48,101 bases of DNA from Candidatus Kerfeldbacteria bacterium (GCA_043813585.1 JBDRKW010000002.1:85182-133282); one strand, 5' to 3'. Shown: positions 1 through 10,097, numbered from the stretch's first letter. Translations and numbers: made by a program. The notes: generated by a model from the sequence alone, not told the origin.

Positions 1-158
1 GCACTCCAAAGCACGGTCATCCATGTCAGGTGGTAGGTCTGTATCCAGGACGGCCACTTCGCAGTAAATTTGTCTACCAGGTAATGCTCAAAGCCGTAGA
101 GGAAATTCTTCCCCACCTTCTTATCGCCTGCGAATTTTCCGTTGTCGAAACTGTTCAT
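1..158 (-). CDS. N-terminus of a probable CDP-alcohol phosphatidyltransferase family protein (truncated by window edge)
   Basis: Not in the ORF track. Manual translation gives MNSFDNGKFAGDKKVGKNFLYGFEHYLVDKFTAKWPSWIQTYHLTWMTVLWS; the ATG overlaps the mpg stop (ATGA). The P.W...HLT segment resembles this family's N-terminus. Confidence 0.55.
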   Translation of the reverse strand, partial: MNSFDNGKFAGDKKVGKNFLYGFEHYLVDKFTAKWPSWIQTYHLTWMTVLWS

Positions 159-685
159 AGATAGAATCTATAGGGTTTTTTCGCCCATGTCCCTGCATAC
201 TCTACACCAATGCGCGGGCCTTGTCTAATGGCTGACCTTGGCACTTTTAACCCCCGATCTTCAAACCAAAGCCCCGTTTTTTTGCCTGCCAGAGAGCCGT
301 CAAATGAACGGTCCACGCCGAATAATTTTGTGACGCGCGCCGGGCCGCTCACCTGCGTCCTGTCCTCTGCCAGGCACCCCCGGATCAACACGGCAGCCGG
401 ATGCCCCTCTTTGCCGGTGACGATGTTCAGCATCCAATGCATACCGTACACCAAATAGATATACCAATGCCCAGCAGGACCGAACATCGGGGCATTGCGG
501 TCGGTTTTGCCGCGGCTGGCATGCGATGCCTTGTCGTCAAACCCGTCATACGCCTCGACATCAAGGATCATCGCTTCAATATCATACACTCCGTCCTTCC
601 GCACCAAATATTTTCCAATCAGCTCCGGTGCAATATCGAGTGCAGACTGTTCAAAGAAGGCCGGACCAAGGATAGGAAACCGCAT
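155..685 (-). CDS. mpg: DNA-3-methyladenine glycosylase (MPG/AAG family)
   Basis: Motifs VEAY.G.DD.ASH, MFGPAG..YIYLVYGMH..LN.V, AVLIRG, GP, RIG, PYRFY. Confidence 0.93.
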   Translation of the reverse strand: MRFPILGPAFFEQSALDIAPELIGKYLVRKDGVYDIEAMILDVEAYDGFDDKASHASRGKTDRNAPMFGPAGHWYIYLVYGMHWMLNIVTGKEGHPAAVLIRGCLAEDRTQVSGPARVTKLFGVDRSFDGSLAGKKTGLWFEDRGLKVPRSAIRQGPRIGVEYAGTWAKKPYRFYL

Positions 686-694
686 TGCCTTTGG

Positions 695-3304
695 CTAATA
701 TGCAAACGCTGAAGGAGTGCCGCCTCCGGTCCAGCCGCTGCCGAATGGATTGAACTGAATTCCCGTGTAGATAGAACCGTCTTTTTTTATCACCCGCACC
801 TGTCCGCCTTCATTCGGCAGAACTAACACGCCTGTCTTCCCTTTATCATTCACAACCCCCGCATCAATGCGAGCGCCGCCGTTCATTTCTTCGCCAAACG
901 GCTCCGAGAAACCAATCATCTCGGTTCCCATCGGCTTATAGACGCGCACCTGCACGGTATCGCCCGCCAGATTGCTGACTGCAATATTCGCTTTGCCGTT
1001 TCCAGTCAGGTCATGCGCCGCAACATCCACTCCCTGAACATTCGATGATGGAATCGCAGTAAATGAATATTTGAACTCCCCGCGCCCGGAATACACATAG
1101 ACATTCGGCTGCGCGCCAATTCCGGCGCCGACAATAATGCTCTCTTTGCCGTTTCCATTTGTATCGCCGGTAGTGACAGTGCATCCGTTGTCAGTCAGGT
1201 ACGCATTAAACTTGCGGATGAACTTTATCTTATTTGATTTCGTCAACCGATAGACCCCTACCGTCGGGTTGCCTTGGCTATAGCGACAAGTCACAATTTC
1301 GTTTCGGCCTTTTCCATCGATATTTCCAACAGCCACATCAACACCGCTCGTCCCGTACATTCCAAGGTTCTTTTCTGCCAATAACGTACCCCGCGCAGAA
1401 AAGATGCGTATCTTTGACGTGGAACCGTTCCGCGACCCGACCACTATCTGTCCACGGCCGTTATTATCCACATCGCCGGCAGCCGTATGCACGCCGGTGG
1501 TCACATCCTTGTGCAGACCGTTGAACTGCCGAACCATGATCTTGCCCTTCTTCCGAAAAATTCGGACTTGCGGCTTGTCTCCGTATCCTTTGCCGACTGC
1601 GTAGCGTACGCGCCGGGTTGTAAATTCTATGCGGTTGGAGATATACGACGCCTCTCCGGTTACTGCATTCGTCGTCTTCACCGCGCACCGGTACTGTGTA
1701 TTCGGTTTCAGGCCGATCGCAGTAATCACGACGCGCTTGCCCGCTTTCTTTGCGGTCATGGCTGCGCGCGTTCTTGCATCATTCCAGTTGTCCTGGTCCA
1801 ATCCGCCGGCAGCATAGCATTTTACAACATGCTGGTTGCGATCACTCCCGGACGGCGAGGTGAATTCCAGCTTCGCGCTGTCATTGGAACGGTTGATGAG
1901 GCTCAAATCAGACACCTGTGCAGGCGCCGCTTCCGTTACCCAGATTTCGCCGCCCGCGGCGCTATTCTCCACTCCGGCAACCAAATACTTATCAACAAAC
2001 TGCGGCCGTATCTCTTCATTATTAACATCGCCAAACGCGACCGAAGTCCACGCGGTCCAATGCGTTCCATCCGTACTCCGGTAGAGACGCTGGTGCGTAC
2101 TGTCATCGGCAATCAGGTACGCGACGTCATTCCGTTCATATAGTTTGTGCCGGTCCTGCGTCACATCACCCATGCCGCCGACAACAACCGGGGTGAAATC
2201 ACTTTCTTCGTCGCATTTCGATTTCTTTGAACAACGCCATACGTTATATCCGGTCGTATCATTGCTGGTTCCAAAAAGGAAATACCCATCATTTTCAAAC
2301 GCCGCCATGCGCCCTAAATCATTTTCCGTATCGCCGAATCCGGTCGAAGTAACAACGTTCCAATCCGTTCCGTTTGTGCTCCGCAATAAAGTGGTCCCAA
2401 CCGTGCCGTCAGTCCATGTTGCCACATACAGTGCACCGTTGAATTCCTGCAATATCGATAATAAATTCTTTGGTTCACCAAAGCCATCGTCAGCAATGCG
2501 CTCCCAATTTGTCCCGTTCAGGTTGCTCCTCCACAACTCTGTCCCGGCCGTCCAGTTGTAGGTTGACGCGTATAGTCGGTTCTTGAACTCAACCAGGCTG
2601 ATGATCTGATAATTACTTGCACTGCCAAATCCGGCCGCCGCAACCTGCTGGAACGTTGACCCGTCATAACGCACAATGCGGTCCCCGCCTGTCGCCTCAT
2701 TCGCAACCATATACAGATACCCGTCCTTTTCCATCAATAAATCAATAAATCGAACTGCCGGGCCATCACCCAATCCAAAGTCGCCCACCTGATCCCAGTC
2801 CGTGCCATTGCTCGAACCCATCAGGCGAGCGCCATCCGTTGAGTTATACGTGCTGAAATACATCTTCCCTTTATAGCGGACCGGGCACATCGTATATGCA
2901 TCGTTTCGAGGTACTGCCGGAAACACATCAGTAAAATTTTCATAATCTGTGGTATAAAAAAAACTTGCCACACCACCAGCTGCTCCTGCAGCAACAAACC
3001 ATTTGCCTTTAAATGGAGTTGCGCAGGGATAAAAAATCGTGTTACCAGGATCGCTCAAACCATACTCACCGGTTCGCGTCCACCCGTACGTTGCATCCTG
3101 CGCTGTGAACGATTGTGCATCCAGATCAGCCGCACTGCCATCTCCAACGTACAACTCGCTTAATACAGGATCAGTTTTCAGCAACCGGTCCAGCCGGACG
3201 TCGCTCTGTTCTGCGCTTGCATTCGCCTGCCATGGAGCGACAAAAAAAGCCACCAGAAGAACTGCGGCTCCAAAAACAGATACTGTTTGGATTCTCAATT
3301 TCAT
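695..3304 (-). CDS. Secreted multidomain surface protein (beta-propeller repeats, FN3-like domain, C-terminal FG-GAP/VCBS-like repeats)
   Basis: Signal peptide (ANASA); repeated S.NG..W..V...GFG units; LKPNTQY FN3-like segment; repeated GDVDNNG/GNIDGKG/GDTNGNG loops. Confidence 0.75.
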   Translation of the reverse strand: MKLRIQTVSVFGAAVLLVAFFVAPWQANASAEQSDVRLDRLLKTDPVLSELYVGDGSAADLDAQSFTAQDATYGWTRTGEYGLSDPGNTIFYPCATPFKGKWFVAAGAAGGVASFFYTTDYENFTDVFPAVPRNDAYTMCPVRYKGKMYFSTYNSTDGARLMGSSNGTDWDQVGDFGLGDGPAVRFIDLLMEKDGYLYMVANEATGGDRIVRYDGSTFQQVAAAGFGSASNYQIISLVEFKNRLYASTYNWTAGTELWRSNLNGTNWERIADDGFGEPKNLLSILQEFNGALYVATWTDGTVGTTLLRSTNGTDWNVVTSTGFGDTENDLGRMAAFENDGYFLFGTSNDTTGYNVWRCSKKSKCDEESDFTPVVVGGMGDVTQDRHKLYERNDVAYLIADDSTHQRLYRSTDGTHWTAWTSVAFGDVNNEEIRPQFVDKYLVAGVENSAAGGEIWVTEAAPAQVSDLSLINRSNDSAKLEFTSPSGSDRNQHVVKCYAAGGLDQDNWNDARTRAAMTAKKAGKRVVITAIGLKPNTQYRCAVKTTNAVTGEASYISNRIEFTTRRVRYAVGKGYGDKPQVRIFRKKGKIMVRQFNGLHKDVTTGVHTAAGDVDNNGRGQIVVGSRNGSTSKIRIFSARGTLLAEKNLGMYGTSGVDVAVGNIDGKGRNEIVTCRYSQGNPTVGVYRLTKSNKIKFIRKFNAYLTDNGCTVTTGDTNGNGKESIIVGAGIGAQPNVYVYSGRGEFKYSFTAIPSSNVQGVDVAAHDLTGNGKANIAVSNLAGDTVQVRVYKPMGTEMIGFSEPFGEEMNGGARIDAGVVNDKGKTGVLVLPNEGGQVRVIKKDGSIYTGIQFNPFGSGWTGGGTPSAFAY

Positions 3305-3383
3305 ATGTGTGTTGTTAGTTATGAACCTTTGTAGTGTAACAAAAAATACGCGGATGTTCTACCGTCGCACATTGCCTATGAAA

Positions 3384-4046
3384 CTATTTGAAATGAGGAA
3401 ACATAAACGCCGCCGGACACTTTTTGGCCAACAAACACTGGTCGCATTTCGGTTTTTGCGACGCACAGATCGCACGACCATGCTCGATGAGCAGATAGGT
3501 CAGGTTAAACCATTTTTTTTGGGAAAACAGTGCCATTAAATCCTGCTCGATTTTTTCCGGATTTTCCTGCGTCGTGAATCCCAGCCGCTGCGAAAGCCGA
3601 CGCACGTGCGTATCCACGGCTATTCCTTCAAATATTTTAAAAGCGTTCCCAAGAATAATGTTCGCGGTCTTGCGTGCCACGCCCGGCAGGGTCAGGAGCT
3701 CTTCCATCGTGCCCGGAACCTTTCCACCGAATTCCTGTTTTACTTTTTTCGCGCTCGCCAGGATATTTTTTGCTTTCTGCCGATAAAAACCGGTCGCATA
3801 AATATCCTTCTCAAACTCATTTTGAGAAGTATGCACGCAGTCATCGAGCGTTCTATATTTCTTAAACAGCTCTGCCGTTACCTCATTCACTTTCTTATCA
3901 GTGCACTGCGCGGATAAAACAACCGAAACAGTTAATTCCCACGGATTCTTATACGCCAACATCATCCCCGCCTTGGGATACGTAGAATCTAGCTTCTTGT
4001 AGATAATTTGCGCTCGTCTCTTCCGCTGTACTGTAGACTCGCTCAT
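3384..4046 (-). CDS. nth: Endonuclease III
   Basis: VLSAQCTDKKVN, HhH LPGVARKTAN, VDTHV.R, 4Fe-4S motif C-X6-C-X2-C-X5-C. Confidence 0.96.
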   Translation of the reverse strand: MSESTVQRKRRAQIIYKKLDSTYPKAGMMLAYKNPWELTVSVVLSAQCTDKKVNEVTAELFKKYRTLDDCVHTSQNEFEKDIYATGFYRQKAKNILASAKKVKQEFGGKVPGTMEELLTLPGVARKTANIILGNAFKIFEGIAVDTHVRRLSQRLGFTTQENPEKIEQDLMALFSQKKWFNLTYLLIEHGRAICASQKPKCDQCLLAKKCPAAFMFPHFK

Positions 4047-4061
4047 GCAGGTGTTCCCACG

Positions 4062-4562
4062 CTATTTCAATTTTGCCAGTTTCTTTTCAAAATCAACGAC
4101 AACCACTTTACTCTTTCCTTTCTTTTCCGTCTTTAGTCCCTCTTTTTTCAGCAGGCCCGAAATGACCGCGACGCCGCCCGGGTACTTCGGGTTCACTTCG
4201 CCGTCGCCTTTGAGCGTACGCCAATACGGCGTCACGCGCTTCTTCCCTTCCTTCAGCTGTTCGGTTGCGGCGCATGCGGCGATGGTGGCAAAAATCCCGG
4301 TGGTAATAGGACAGGCGATCGTGGCTTTGTGCTTCTTCGCCAGCGCAGCCCGGATCTCGTTGATCGTCGTCACCTTTCCTTTCGGCACCTTCTTCATGAG
4401 CGCATCCACCTCTTCCGGGTGCGGGATCGCACACGTGCCCTGCACGCCCCACTGCTTTTCCCATTTCTTATCAATCTTCACGACCTTTGGAAGGTCATGC
4501 CCTATATCATGGAGCTTCCCCTGCCAGTATTTTGGCGGCCGCGGCGTATCTGCCATTCCCAT
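4062..4562 (-). CDS. MGMT DNA-binding domain protein, alkyltransferase-like (start probably 4562 or 4556)
   Basis: VPKGKVTT, CPITTG, and PYWR in place of catalytic PCHR, then G..NPKYPGG...L..EG. Confidence 0.8.
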   Translation of the reverse strand: MGMADTPRPPKYWQGKLHDIGHDLPKVVKIDKKWEKQWGVQGTCAIPHPEEVDALMKKVPKGKVTTINEIRAALAKKHKATIACPITTGIFATIAACAATEQLKEGKKRVTPYWRTLKGDGEVNPKYPGGVAVISGLLKKEGLKTEKKGKSKVVVVDFEKKLAKLK

Positions 4563-4572
4563 AAGCGTATTT

Positions 4573-5031
4573 TTAATATTGTTGCTTATTTTCTTTCTCT
4601 TCCCACTTGTCAAACAACTTCTTGCAGGCGTGCCGATCCAATTTCCGTAGCGTGAACACCGGCTTTTTCTTTCCTTTCATTATCTTATTCAGTAGGTTGT
4701 CGTCAAACCCGGCATCTGCCGCGTCCTTGCGCGTGCATCCGTACACCACACTCGGAATCCGCGCCCAGTGGATCGCGCCAAAACACATTGGGCATGGTTC
4801 GCAGGTCGCGTAGAGCTCGCAATCAGACAAATCGTACCGCTTCAGTTTTTTGCCGGCTTTGCGTATGGCAACAATCTCGGCGTGCGCAGATGGGTCGTTT
4901 TCTATGGCGACCTCGTTATGCGCGGCTGCAACGACTTTTCCGTTGCGGACGATAACAGCGCCGAACGGACCGCCGCCTTTTTTTATTCCTTTCTCCGCTT
5001 CTTTAACCGCTTCTTTTAAAAACTTGTTCAT
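4573..5031 (-). CDS. Nucleoside/guanine deaminase (cytidine-deaminase fold, GuaD-like)
   Basis: GGPFGAVIV, HAEI, CEPCPMC..AIHWA, AADAGFDD. Confidence 0.88.
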   Translation of the reverse strand: MNKFLKEAVKEAEKGIKKGGGPFGAVIVRNGKVVAAAHNEVAIENDPSAHAEIVAIRKAGKKLKRYDLSDCELYATCEPCPMCFGAIHWARIPSVVYGCTRKDAADAGFDDNLLNKIMKGKKKPVFTLRKLDRHACKKLFDKWEEKENKQQY

Positions 5032-5032
5032 A

Positions 5033-5623
5033 TCAAAATCCTAATTCATCTGCAATCTCTGTCATCGCAGCAATCGCGAGCTCGATAAATTCACTGCGTT
5101 CTGTTCCGGCTTTTTCAATATCATTAATATATTCTCGATTGACATTCGCTGCAAATGATTTGTCCTTCAGCTTTTTCGTGATGGACTTCACTTTCGTACC
5201 TTCCAACTTCTTATCCGGCTTCATTAACACATACGCGACGATCAAGCCGGTGATATTTTCCGCTGCTGCGAGGCAGAAGTCCAGTTTCGATTCCCGCGAA
5301 ACCTCCGCGGCAATATGGCTTTCGTTATGCGCCTTGATCGCATGCAGCATCGCCGGATCGTAAAATCCCTCCTGCTCCAGAATCTCGCATGTCTTCAAAC
5401 CATGCTGTTCCGGCGTTTCCTTCATTTCCTCAAAATCCAAATCATGTAGCAGGCCGGTAATCGCCCATAACTCCTCATCCTCGCCAAGCCGTTTGGCCAG
5501 CGCCCGCATTATCACCTCTGTCTCGCGCGAATGCAGCAATAAAAAATTCTCCTTCAAATGTTGCCGCAACAGCGTTCGCGCGTCGTCGATTGTTTTTTCC
5601 ATAACTGATTGGTTGTATATCAA
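5033..5623 (-). CDS. HD-domain (HDIG-type) predicted hydrolase (start may be 5602)
   Basis: HS...E..MRALA, GLLHDLD, HG, AIKAHN, KSFAA.VNRE. Confidence 0.85.
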   Translation of the reverse strand: MIYNQSVMEKTIDDARTLLRQHLKENFLLLHSRETEVIMRALAKRLGEDEELWAITGLLHDLDFEEMKETPEQHGLKTCEILEQEGFYDPAMLHAIKAHNESHIAAEVSRESKLDFCLAAAENITGLIVAYVLMKPDKKLEGTKVKSITKKLKDKSFAANVNREYINDIEKAGTERSEFIELAIAAMTEIADELGF

Positions 5624-6114
5624 TCCTCGAGCCGGTACTTCTTGTCTTTCGGAAGGGTAACGCGACCTTCCTTCACGTGTTCTTTCCGGTAATACCGCGG
5701 CATGCCGATCACGTCAAAAATCGCCTCGTACGGTTCAAACGATACCGCCTCTTCGCCGTAGGTAAGGTTATTCAGGTCGTGAAGAATAAACATCAAAATC
5801 ACCACGGCAGAGGAAAGAAGCCCCACGAGCAACACGGAAAACGGTTCGTTTGTGTTCATATAAAACAGGGAAACCAGAAGGACGGCGGCCAGGAAATACA
5901 CAACGACCCATTCCAGCTTGGACAAGCGATCACTGTCTACCATAACCATCTTCTGCCGCGACGTCGTAATGTCATTTAATAGTGGAAGAAAACGGAGCGA
6001 CGCATAGTTGATGCAATACCGCAAGCCATTCGGATCCGGGCCGTCATCAAACACATGGCCGAGGTGCGCGCCTGACGAACCACTCTTATCTTCATGGCTG
6101 GTTTCGTCCGGCAT
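5620..6114 (-). pseudogene. Chimeric remnant: C-terminal MsrB fragment fused in frame to the C-terminal half of a DUF4239-like membrane protein
   Basis: [31 protein letters not shown] is the MsrB C-terminal signature without the MsrB N-terminal part. It is followed directly by an unrelated two-TM segment ending HDLNNL...RYY. Confidence 0.65.
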
Positions 6115-6115
6115 G

Positions 6116-6673
6116 CTACGTGTTTGGTAGCGTGTCGTCCGGCATTTCTTCTTCCTGTTCGCCTTTAGTTGCTGTCCATGTGCCGGATGTCCCGCGGCCG
6201 GTGTTCTGCCACGTCCCAGACGCATCCGTCTGTTCCGCGTTCGTAAACGCACCAGTGAATACCGTGCTGCCGTTTGCCGCTTCCATCGTGATGTCATTGC
6301 CCTCAACCCGGTAGATTCCAAAATCGCCGGACAACGGGACTGTCGCGGTTGTGCTGCCGTCCGACACCGTCGATGTCAACGAATCAGCCGTGCCAACCCA
6401 CACATCCGGAATATCGCTCGATCCATCATCATTTACCACAACTTCTGTGGTGATAGTCTTGCTGTCTTCAGAGGTTACCCAGCTCCATGCGCCGTCAAAC
6501 GGATTTTCGGCAATTGCCGGTTCTTGGTTTGTATTTGTCGCCTGTTCATTTGTGTTTTCGTTCACATTTGCGTTTGTATTTGTTTCCTCCTGCTGGCTCG
6601 GGCATAACGCTCCGGATGTAACAACCACCGCAAGCACTACGGCAATCCCGCCCCCATACAATGATTTTTTCAT
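6116..6673 (-). CDS. Putative lipoprotein with N/T-rich linker
   Basis: MKK + hydrophobic stretch + SGALC lipobox-like; [11 protein letters not shown] linker; beta-rich domain ending GTWTAT. Confidence 0.7.
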   Translation of the reverse strand: MKKSLYGGGIAVVLAVVVTSGALCPSQQEETNTNANVNENTNEQATNTNQEPAIAENPFDGAWSWVTSEDSKTITTEVVVNDDGSSDIPDVWVGTADSLTSTVSDGSTTATVPLSGDFGIYRVEGNDITMEAANGSTVFTGAFTNAEQTDASGTWQNTGRGTSGTWTATKGEQEEEMPDDTLPNT

Positions 6674-6713
6674 AGTCAAATTGATTACTATTGTCTTATG
6701 GACCCATTATAAC

Positions 6714-6737
6714 AAAAAGCGGCGTATTAAGCCGCTT
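6714..6737 (-). terminator. Intrinsic terminator after tRNA-Ser
   Basis: AAGCGGC/GCCGCTT hairpin followed by a T-run on the minus strand. Confidence 0.65.
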
Positions 6738-6741
6738 CGTC

Positions 6742-6831
<90 letters not shown>

Positions 6832-6882
6832 TAACGCCTCCATACCCTACAAAAAAAGGCCCCAAATGACAAGCCCACTACG

Positions 6883-8139
6883 CTACCCAATGAACAGTTT
6901 ATTCTGTTGCGGCATACGCTGTTTGCGCTCCGCTTCCGTAAACACGTCAATAACGCCGAACTCTCCGTCATACCCCGGGGAAATATGCACGTTCCCGTCA
7001 CGCACGCGTTTGATCCCTTCCGCAACCAGCGGATCCGCATGTTTCTGTATCTGGCTCAGCTCTGCATCCAGTAAAATATAAAACTCATTCCCGACCGCCT
7101 CGATCAGCTTCATATACTCGGCATCGACTTTTTTCGTGCGCACGCCGCACCCGAACGCGCTGGCGATGATCTCTGGCAGCGGCACAATGCTCTTAAACGG
7201 TACTTTTTTGTTCTTTGTGTTCTCCTCTGTCTGGTCAGCGAGCTCTTCCACTCGATTCAGCGTCCCAACGACGAGCGACAGTCCGCACTTGGGGCACTTA
7301 CCTTTATTTTTCTTCGTCTCCGCGGGCTCAAGCCTTACTTCGCAGGCGCGGTGCCCGTCCAAATGGTATTTCCCTTCTTCCGGGTAAAACTCAATCGTGT
7401 ACTTCATGTTCTCGTTCTTCTTCAACGACTCATACAACGCATCATACGTCACATTGTCCCATTCAAACACATTTGCCTCGCGCCCGATCTTATCCGGCGA
7501 GTGCGCATCGGAATTCGAAACGATCGTCCGGTTGTTCAGGTCAGAAACGCGCCAGTTCATCGCCGGGTCGGAAGACAATCCGGTCTCGATCGCGTAAATA
7601 TGCTCCGTCATTTCTTCGTAACACTCTTCCAGCGAATCAAACCCGGACTTGGACCCAAACACAGAAAACCACGGCGTCCAGATATGCGCCGGAATGATCA
7701 ACGCTTTCGGGTCAGCATCCAAGTAGATCTTCATCAACTCCCTTACGTCCCCGCCGATAATCGGCCGGCCGTCTGATTTCAAGTTGTATCCGCGCTTCTC
7801 CAATTCTGCATTCGCTTTTTTCGCGGCCGCCAGAGAAGAAACGCCAATCACGGTATGCAAGCGCCGTCCCTTATCATTTTTCTTATACATATTCGCGATC
7901 TCCGTAAACAGCGCGAACTTCACATCGCTCGAGCCGTCTTTCACCCGTAAAAAACCGGAACCATCCTCTTCCAGGTCCACTTCTATCTCTTCCAGCCATT
8001 TCGCATGCGTAATGTCGCCCGTCGCAATAACATCAACGCCTTTAATAGCAGCATATTTCGCAATACCGGCCACATTCAGCTGCTTCGACGTTGCTCGCGA
8101 ATAGTGCGAATGGATGTGTAAATCGGCGATAATCTGCAT
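6883..8139 (-). CDS. Endonuclease Q family protein (PHP domain + Zn finger)
   Basis: ADLHIHS.YSRATS, PAHIWTPW, ETGLSSDP, SNSDAHS, GREAN, GKYHLDGHRAC, CPKCG, PGYDGEFG. Confidence 0.9.
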   Translation of the reverse strand: MQIIADLHIHSHYSRATSKQLNVAGIAKYAAIKGVDVIATGDITHAKWLEEIEVDLEEDGSGFLRVKDGSSDVKFALFTEIANMYKKNDKGRRLHTVIGVSSLAAAKKANAELEKRGYNLKSDGRPIIGGDVRELMKIYLDADPKALIIPAHIWTPWFSVFGSKSGFDSLEECYEEMTEHIYAIETGLSSDPAMNWRVSDLNNRTIVSNSDAHSPDKIGREANVFEWDNVTYDALYESLKKNENMKYTIEFYPEEGKYHLDGHRACEVRLEPAETKKNKGKCPKCGLSLVVGTLNRVEELADQTEENTKNKKVPFKSIVPLPEIIASAFGCGVRTKKVDAEYMKLIEAVGNEFYILLDAELSQIQKHADPLVAEGIKRVRDGNVHISPGYDGEFGVIDVFTEAERKQRMPQQNKLFIG

Positions 8140-8170
8140 AGCATGTAGAACATAACAGAAGCCGGCACCA

Positions 8171-8199
8171 TTGACAATACGCCTTTTTTCGTGTATACT
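8171..8199 (+). promoter_or_regulatory. Sigma70 promoter
   Basis: TTGACA-17 bp-TATACT. Confidence 0.8.
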
Positions 8200-8229
8200 A
8201 CTGTGTTATAAATAATGGAGGATTGCCAT

Positions 8230-8967
8230 ATGACCAACGCATCACTCACAACTCATATAAAAACCTTTACGAACTGCTTCGTTCTTGCAAGTACTCTTAT
8301 TGTTGTGCTGGCAGTACTTTGGCCCGCACCGTCACATGCTATCAATTACAATGATATTCGCGCCGAGGGCCGCTACAGCGTTGAGATGATTGATAACTAT
8401 GCGCATGTTATTAAATTGAAGGTTACCCCTAATCCCTATTATTCCGAAGTGCATGGCGGGGTAAAAACTCTCAAGATTCGGTATGGGCAAAACTATGACC
8501 TTCCGCATCCGACCGTGATAAAAATTGACGGCTCGCCAGAAGAAGTCACTCTTTCAGGTCTTGCATCAAGCCAGACGTATTGGGTGGAAATTTCCTGCAC
8601 CTATAACGATGATCGGAGCTGTATTACGATTAAGGAAGATTTCAGCACCCGGCCGAACCGTCCGCGCTTCCTGAAGGTAATATACAGGGGATCGAACGAC
8701 GCTACCGTCAGATGGAAGCGGCCGTACCGAAGCGACTACTGGGTTCGTACCAATATCAAATTGTACAAACGACAGCCGAACAAGGTAAAAAAATTGAAAC
8801 TCATTCAAGAAGAATATCTTGTTGGCACTCCGCATAAATACTACTTTCGACGCCTTTATCCGGATACAAAGTACAGCTATAAGGTGCGTGTTCGCATCCT
8901 TAACGGACAATGGTCCCGCTGGTCTGACAAGAAGCGGTTCAGAACCCTGCCGGAGAATGTGGAATAA
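8230..8967 (+). CDS. Secreted fibronectin type III domain protein
   Basis: GGAGG SD before ATG 8230; signal peptide (SHA); two FN3-like units (LSGLASSQTY, LYPDTKYSYKVR..WS.WS...F.T). Confidence 0.72.
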   Translation: MTNASLTTHIKTFTNCFVLASTLIVVLAVLWPAPSHAINYNDIRAEGRYSVEMIDNYAHVIKLKVTPNPYYSEVHGGVKTLKIRYGQNYDLPHPTVIKIDGSPEEVTLSGLASSQTYWVEISCTYNDDRSCITIKEDFSTRPNRPRFLKVIYRGSNDATVRWKRPYRSDYWVRTNIKLYKRQPNKVKKLKLIQEEYLVGTPHKYYFRRLYPDTKYSYKVRVRILNGQWSRWSDKKRFRTLPENVE

Positions 8968-8975
8968 AAAAATAC

Positions 8976-9002
8976 AAACCGGGCTGCGAGAGCCCGGTTT
9001 TT
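8976..9002 (+). terminator. Intrinsic terminator (repeat copy 1)
   Basis: AAACCGGGCT-gcgag-AGCCCGGTTT plus T-run. Confidence 0.8.
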
Positions 9003-9105
9003 GATTTGCGCGATTATCTGTGCCGGCGTCTCAATCTTCTGTATACTGTAAGGACCTGCCCGATGATTCGTAATTACTCATGACATTTATCATTCATATA
9101 CAACC

Positions 9106-9843
9106 ATGAAACACACTCTTCTAGCGGCCGTTCTCGTAGCGGCCGGGCTGACTGCCGGAAACGCGGCCAGCGCGATGATCGTCCTGCAGCCACACGAAGT
9201 CCGCATTCCGGACGGGGCAACAGGCATTACCGAACAGACATTCGCCGACATTAAGGCCAGCCTCCCATGCGGAGCCCAGCCGCTGCCGGCATGCCAGAGG
9301 CCGGTGTTCGCCGGCAGCGATAACGTGTACCTGCGCGTCGCAAACGGCGCGATGTACCAGTACCATGGCATGATGGAAGGCGCCCGGTACACCGTACGGC
9401 TCAAACGGTATTTGCCGGACGGCGTCTACAGACACAAAGGCAACGTTTACCTGGTTGAAAACGGCCGCCGGATCAAACTGGCAAAGGGCAAGGCGTTCGC
9501 CCGCACCCTGCGCGCGGCACGCACCGGCGCTGCACACGGCATGACAACGGATAATATGAACCGCATGATCGACAAGTCCACCTATTGCTACGGCGCCGCT
9601 GATTTTGAGGCGTGCAACAACGACGCAGACGCGTTCCGCGAGCAGTATGAAGGACAGCTGGTCATGAACGCAGACACCGGAGCGCTATACTACGTCCCGC
9701 AGGGCGGCCTGCCGGTACAGGTGGAAAAATTCATGGACAGCGGCCAGGGCTGGTACGCGTTCATGAAGAGCATTGCCGGCGTACAGCCGCACTGGCTGAT
9801 CAAGGCGCTGCCGTCCGGAAAAGCGCTGGGCTTCGTCCGCTGA
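9106..9843 (+). CDS. Secreted hypothetical protein
   Basis: Signal peptide MKH...ASA; 245 aa ORF bounded by terminators. Confidence 0.7.
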   Translation: MKHTLLAAVLVAAGLTAGNAASAMIVLQPHEVRIPDGATGITEQTFADIKASLPCGAQPLPACQRPVFAGSDNVYLRVANGAMYQYHGMMEGARYTVRLKRYLPDGVYRHKGNVYLVENGRRIKLAKGKAFARTLRAARTGAAHGMTTDNMNRMIDKSTYCYGAADFEACNNDADAFREQYEGQLVMNADTGALYYVPQGGLPVQVEKFMDSGQGWYAFMKSIAGVQPHWLIKALPSGKALGFVR

Positions 9844-9874
9844 ACAACAGCACAGGTACAAACCACATTGAATG

Positions 9875-9902
9875 AAACCGGGCTCGCGCAGCCCGGTTTT
9901 TT
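9875..9902. terminator. Intrinsic, possibly bidirectional, terminator (repeat copy 2)
   Basis: AAACCGGGCT-cgcgc-AGCCCGGTTT plus T-run; lies between the convergent CDS and 5S. Confidence 0.78.
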
Positions 9903-9942
9903 GCATATGAAAAAACCTCCCGTAAGGAAGGCATTTCCATAA

Positions 9943-10049
9943 ACTGGCAGCGACCTACTTTCGCCCGAAGGCTATCATCGGCGCTGAAGGGCTTAACTGC
10001 TGAGTTCGGAATGGGATCAGGTGTTTCCCCTTCGCTAGAACCACCAGAG
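9943..10049 (-). rRNA. rrf: 5S rRNA
   Basis: CTGGTGG...ACACCTGATCCCATTCCGAACTCAGCAGTTAAGC...GCGCCGATGATAG...GAAAGTAGGTCGCTGCCAG. Confidence 0.96.
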
Positions 10050-10097
10050 CACAGCGGGTTTGCGGACAAACCACCTATACTCTGTCGGTTCCGGTTT

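Noticed and set aside
6115-6321. N-terminal part of the 233-aa ORF 5620-6321
   Set aside because: It overlaps the lipoprotein gene out of frame; only the part from ATG 6114 is meaningful.
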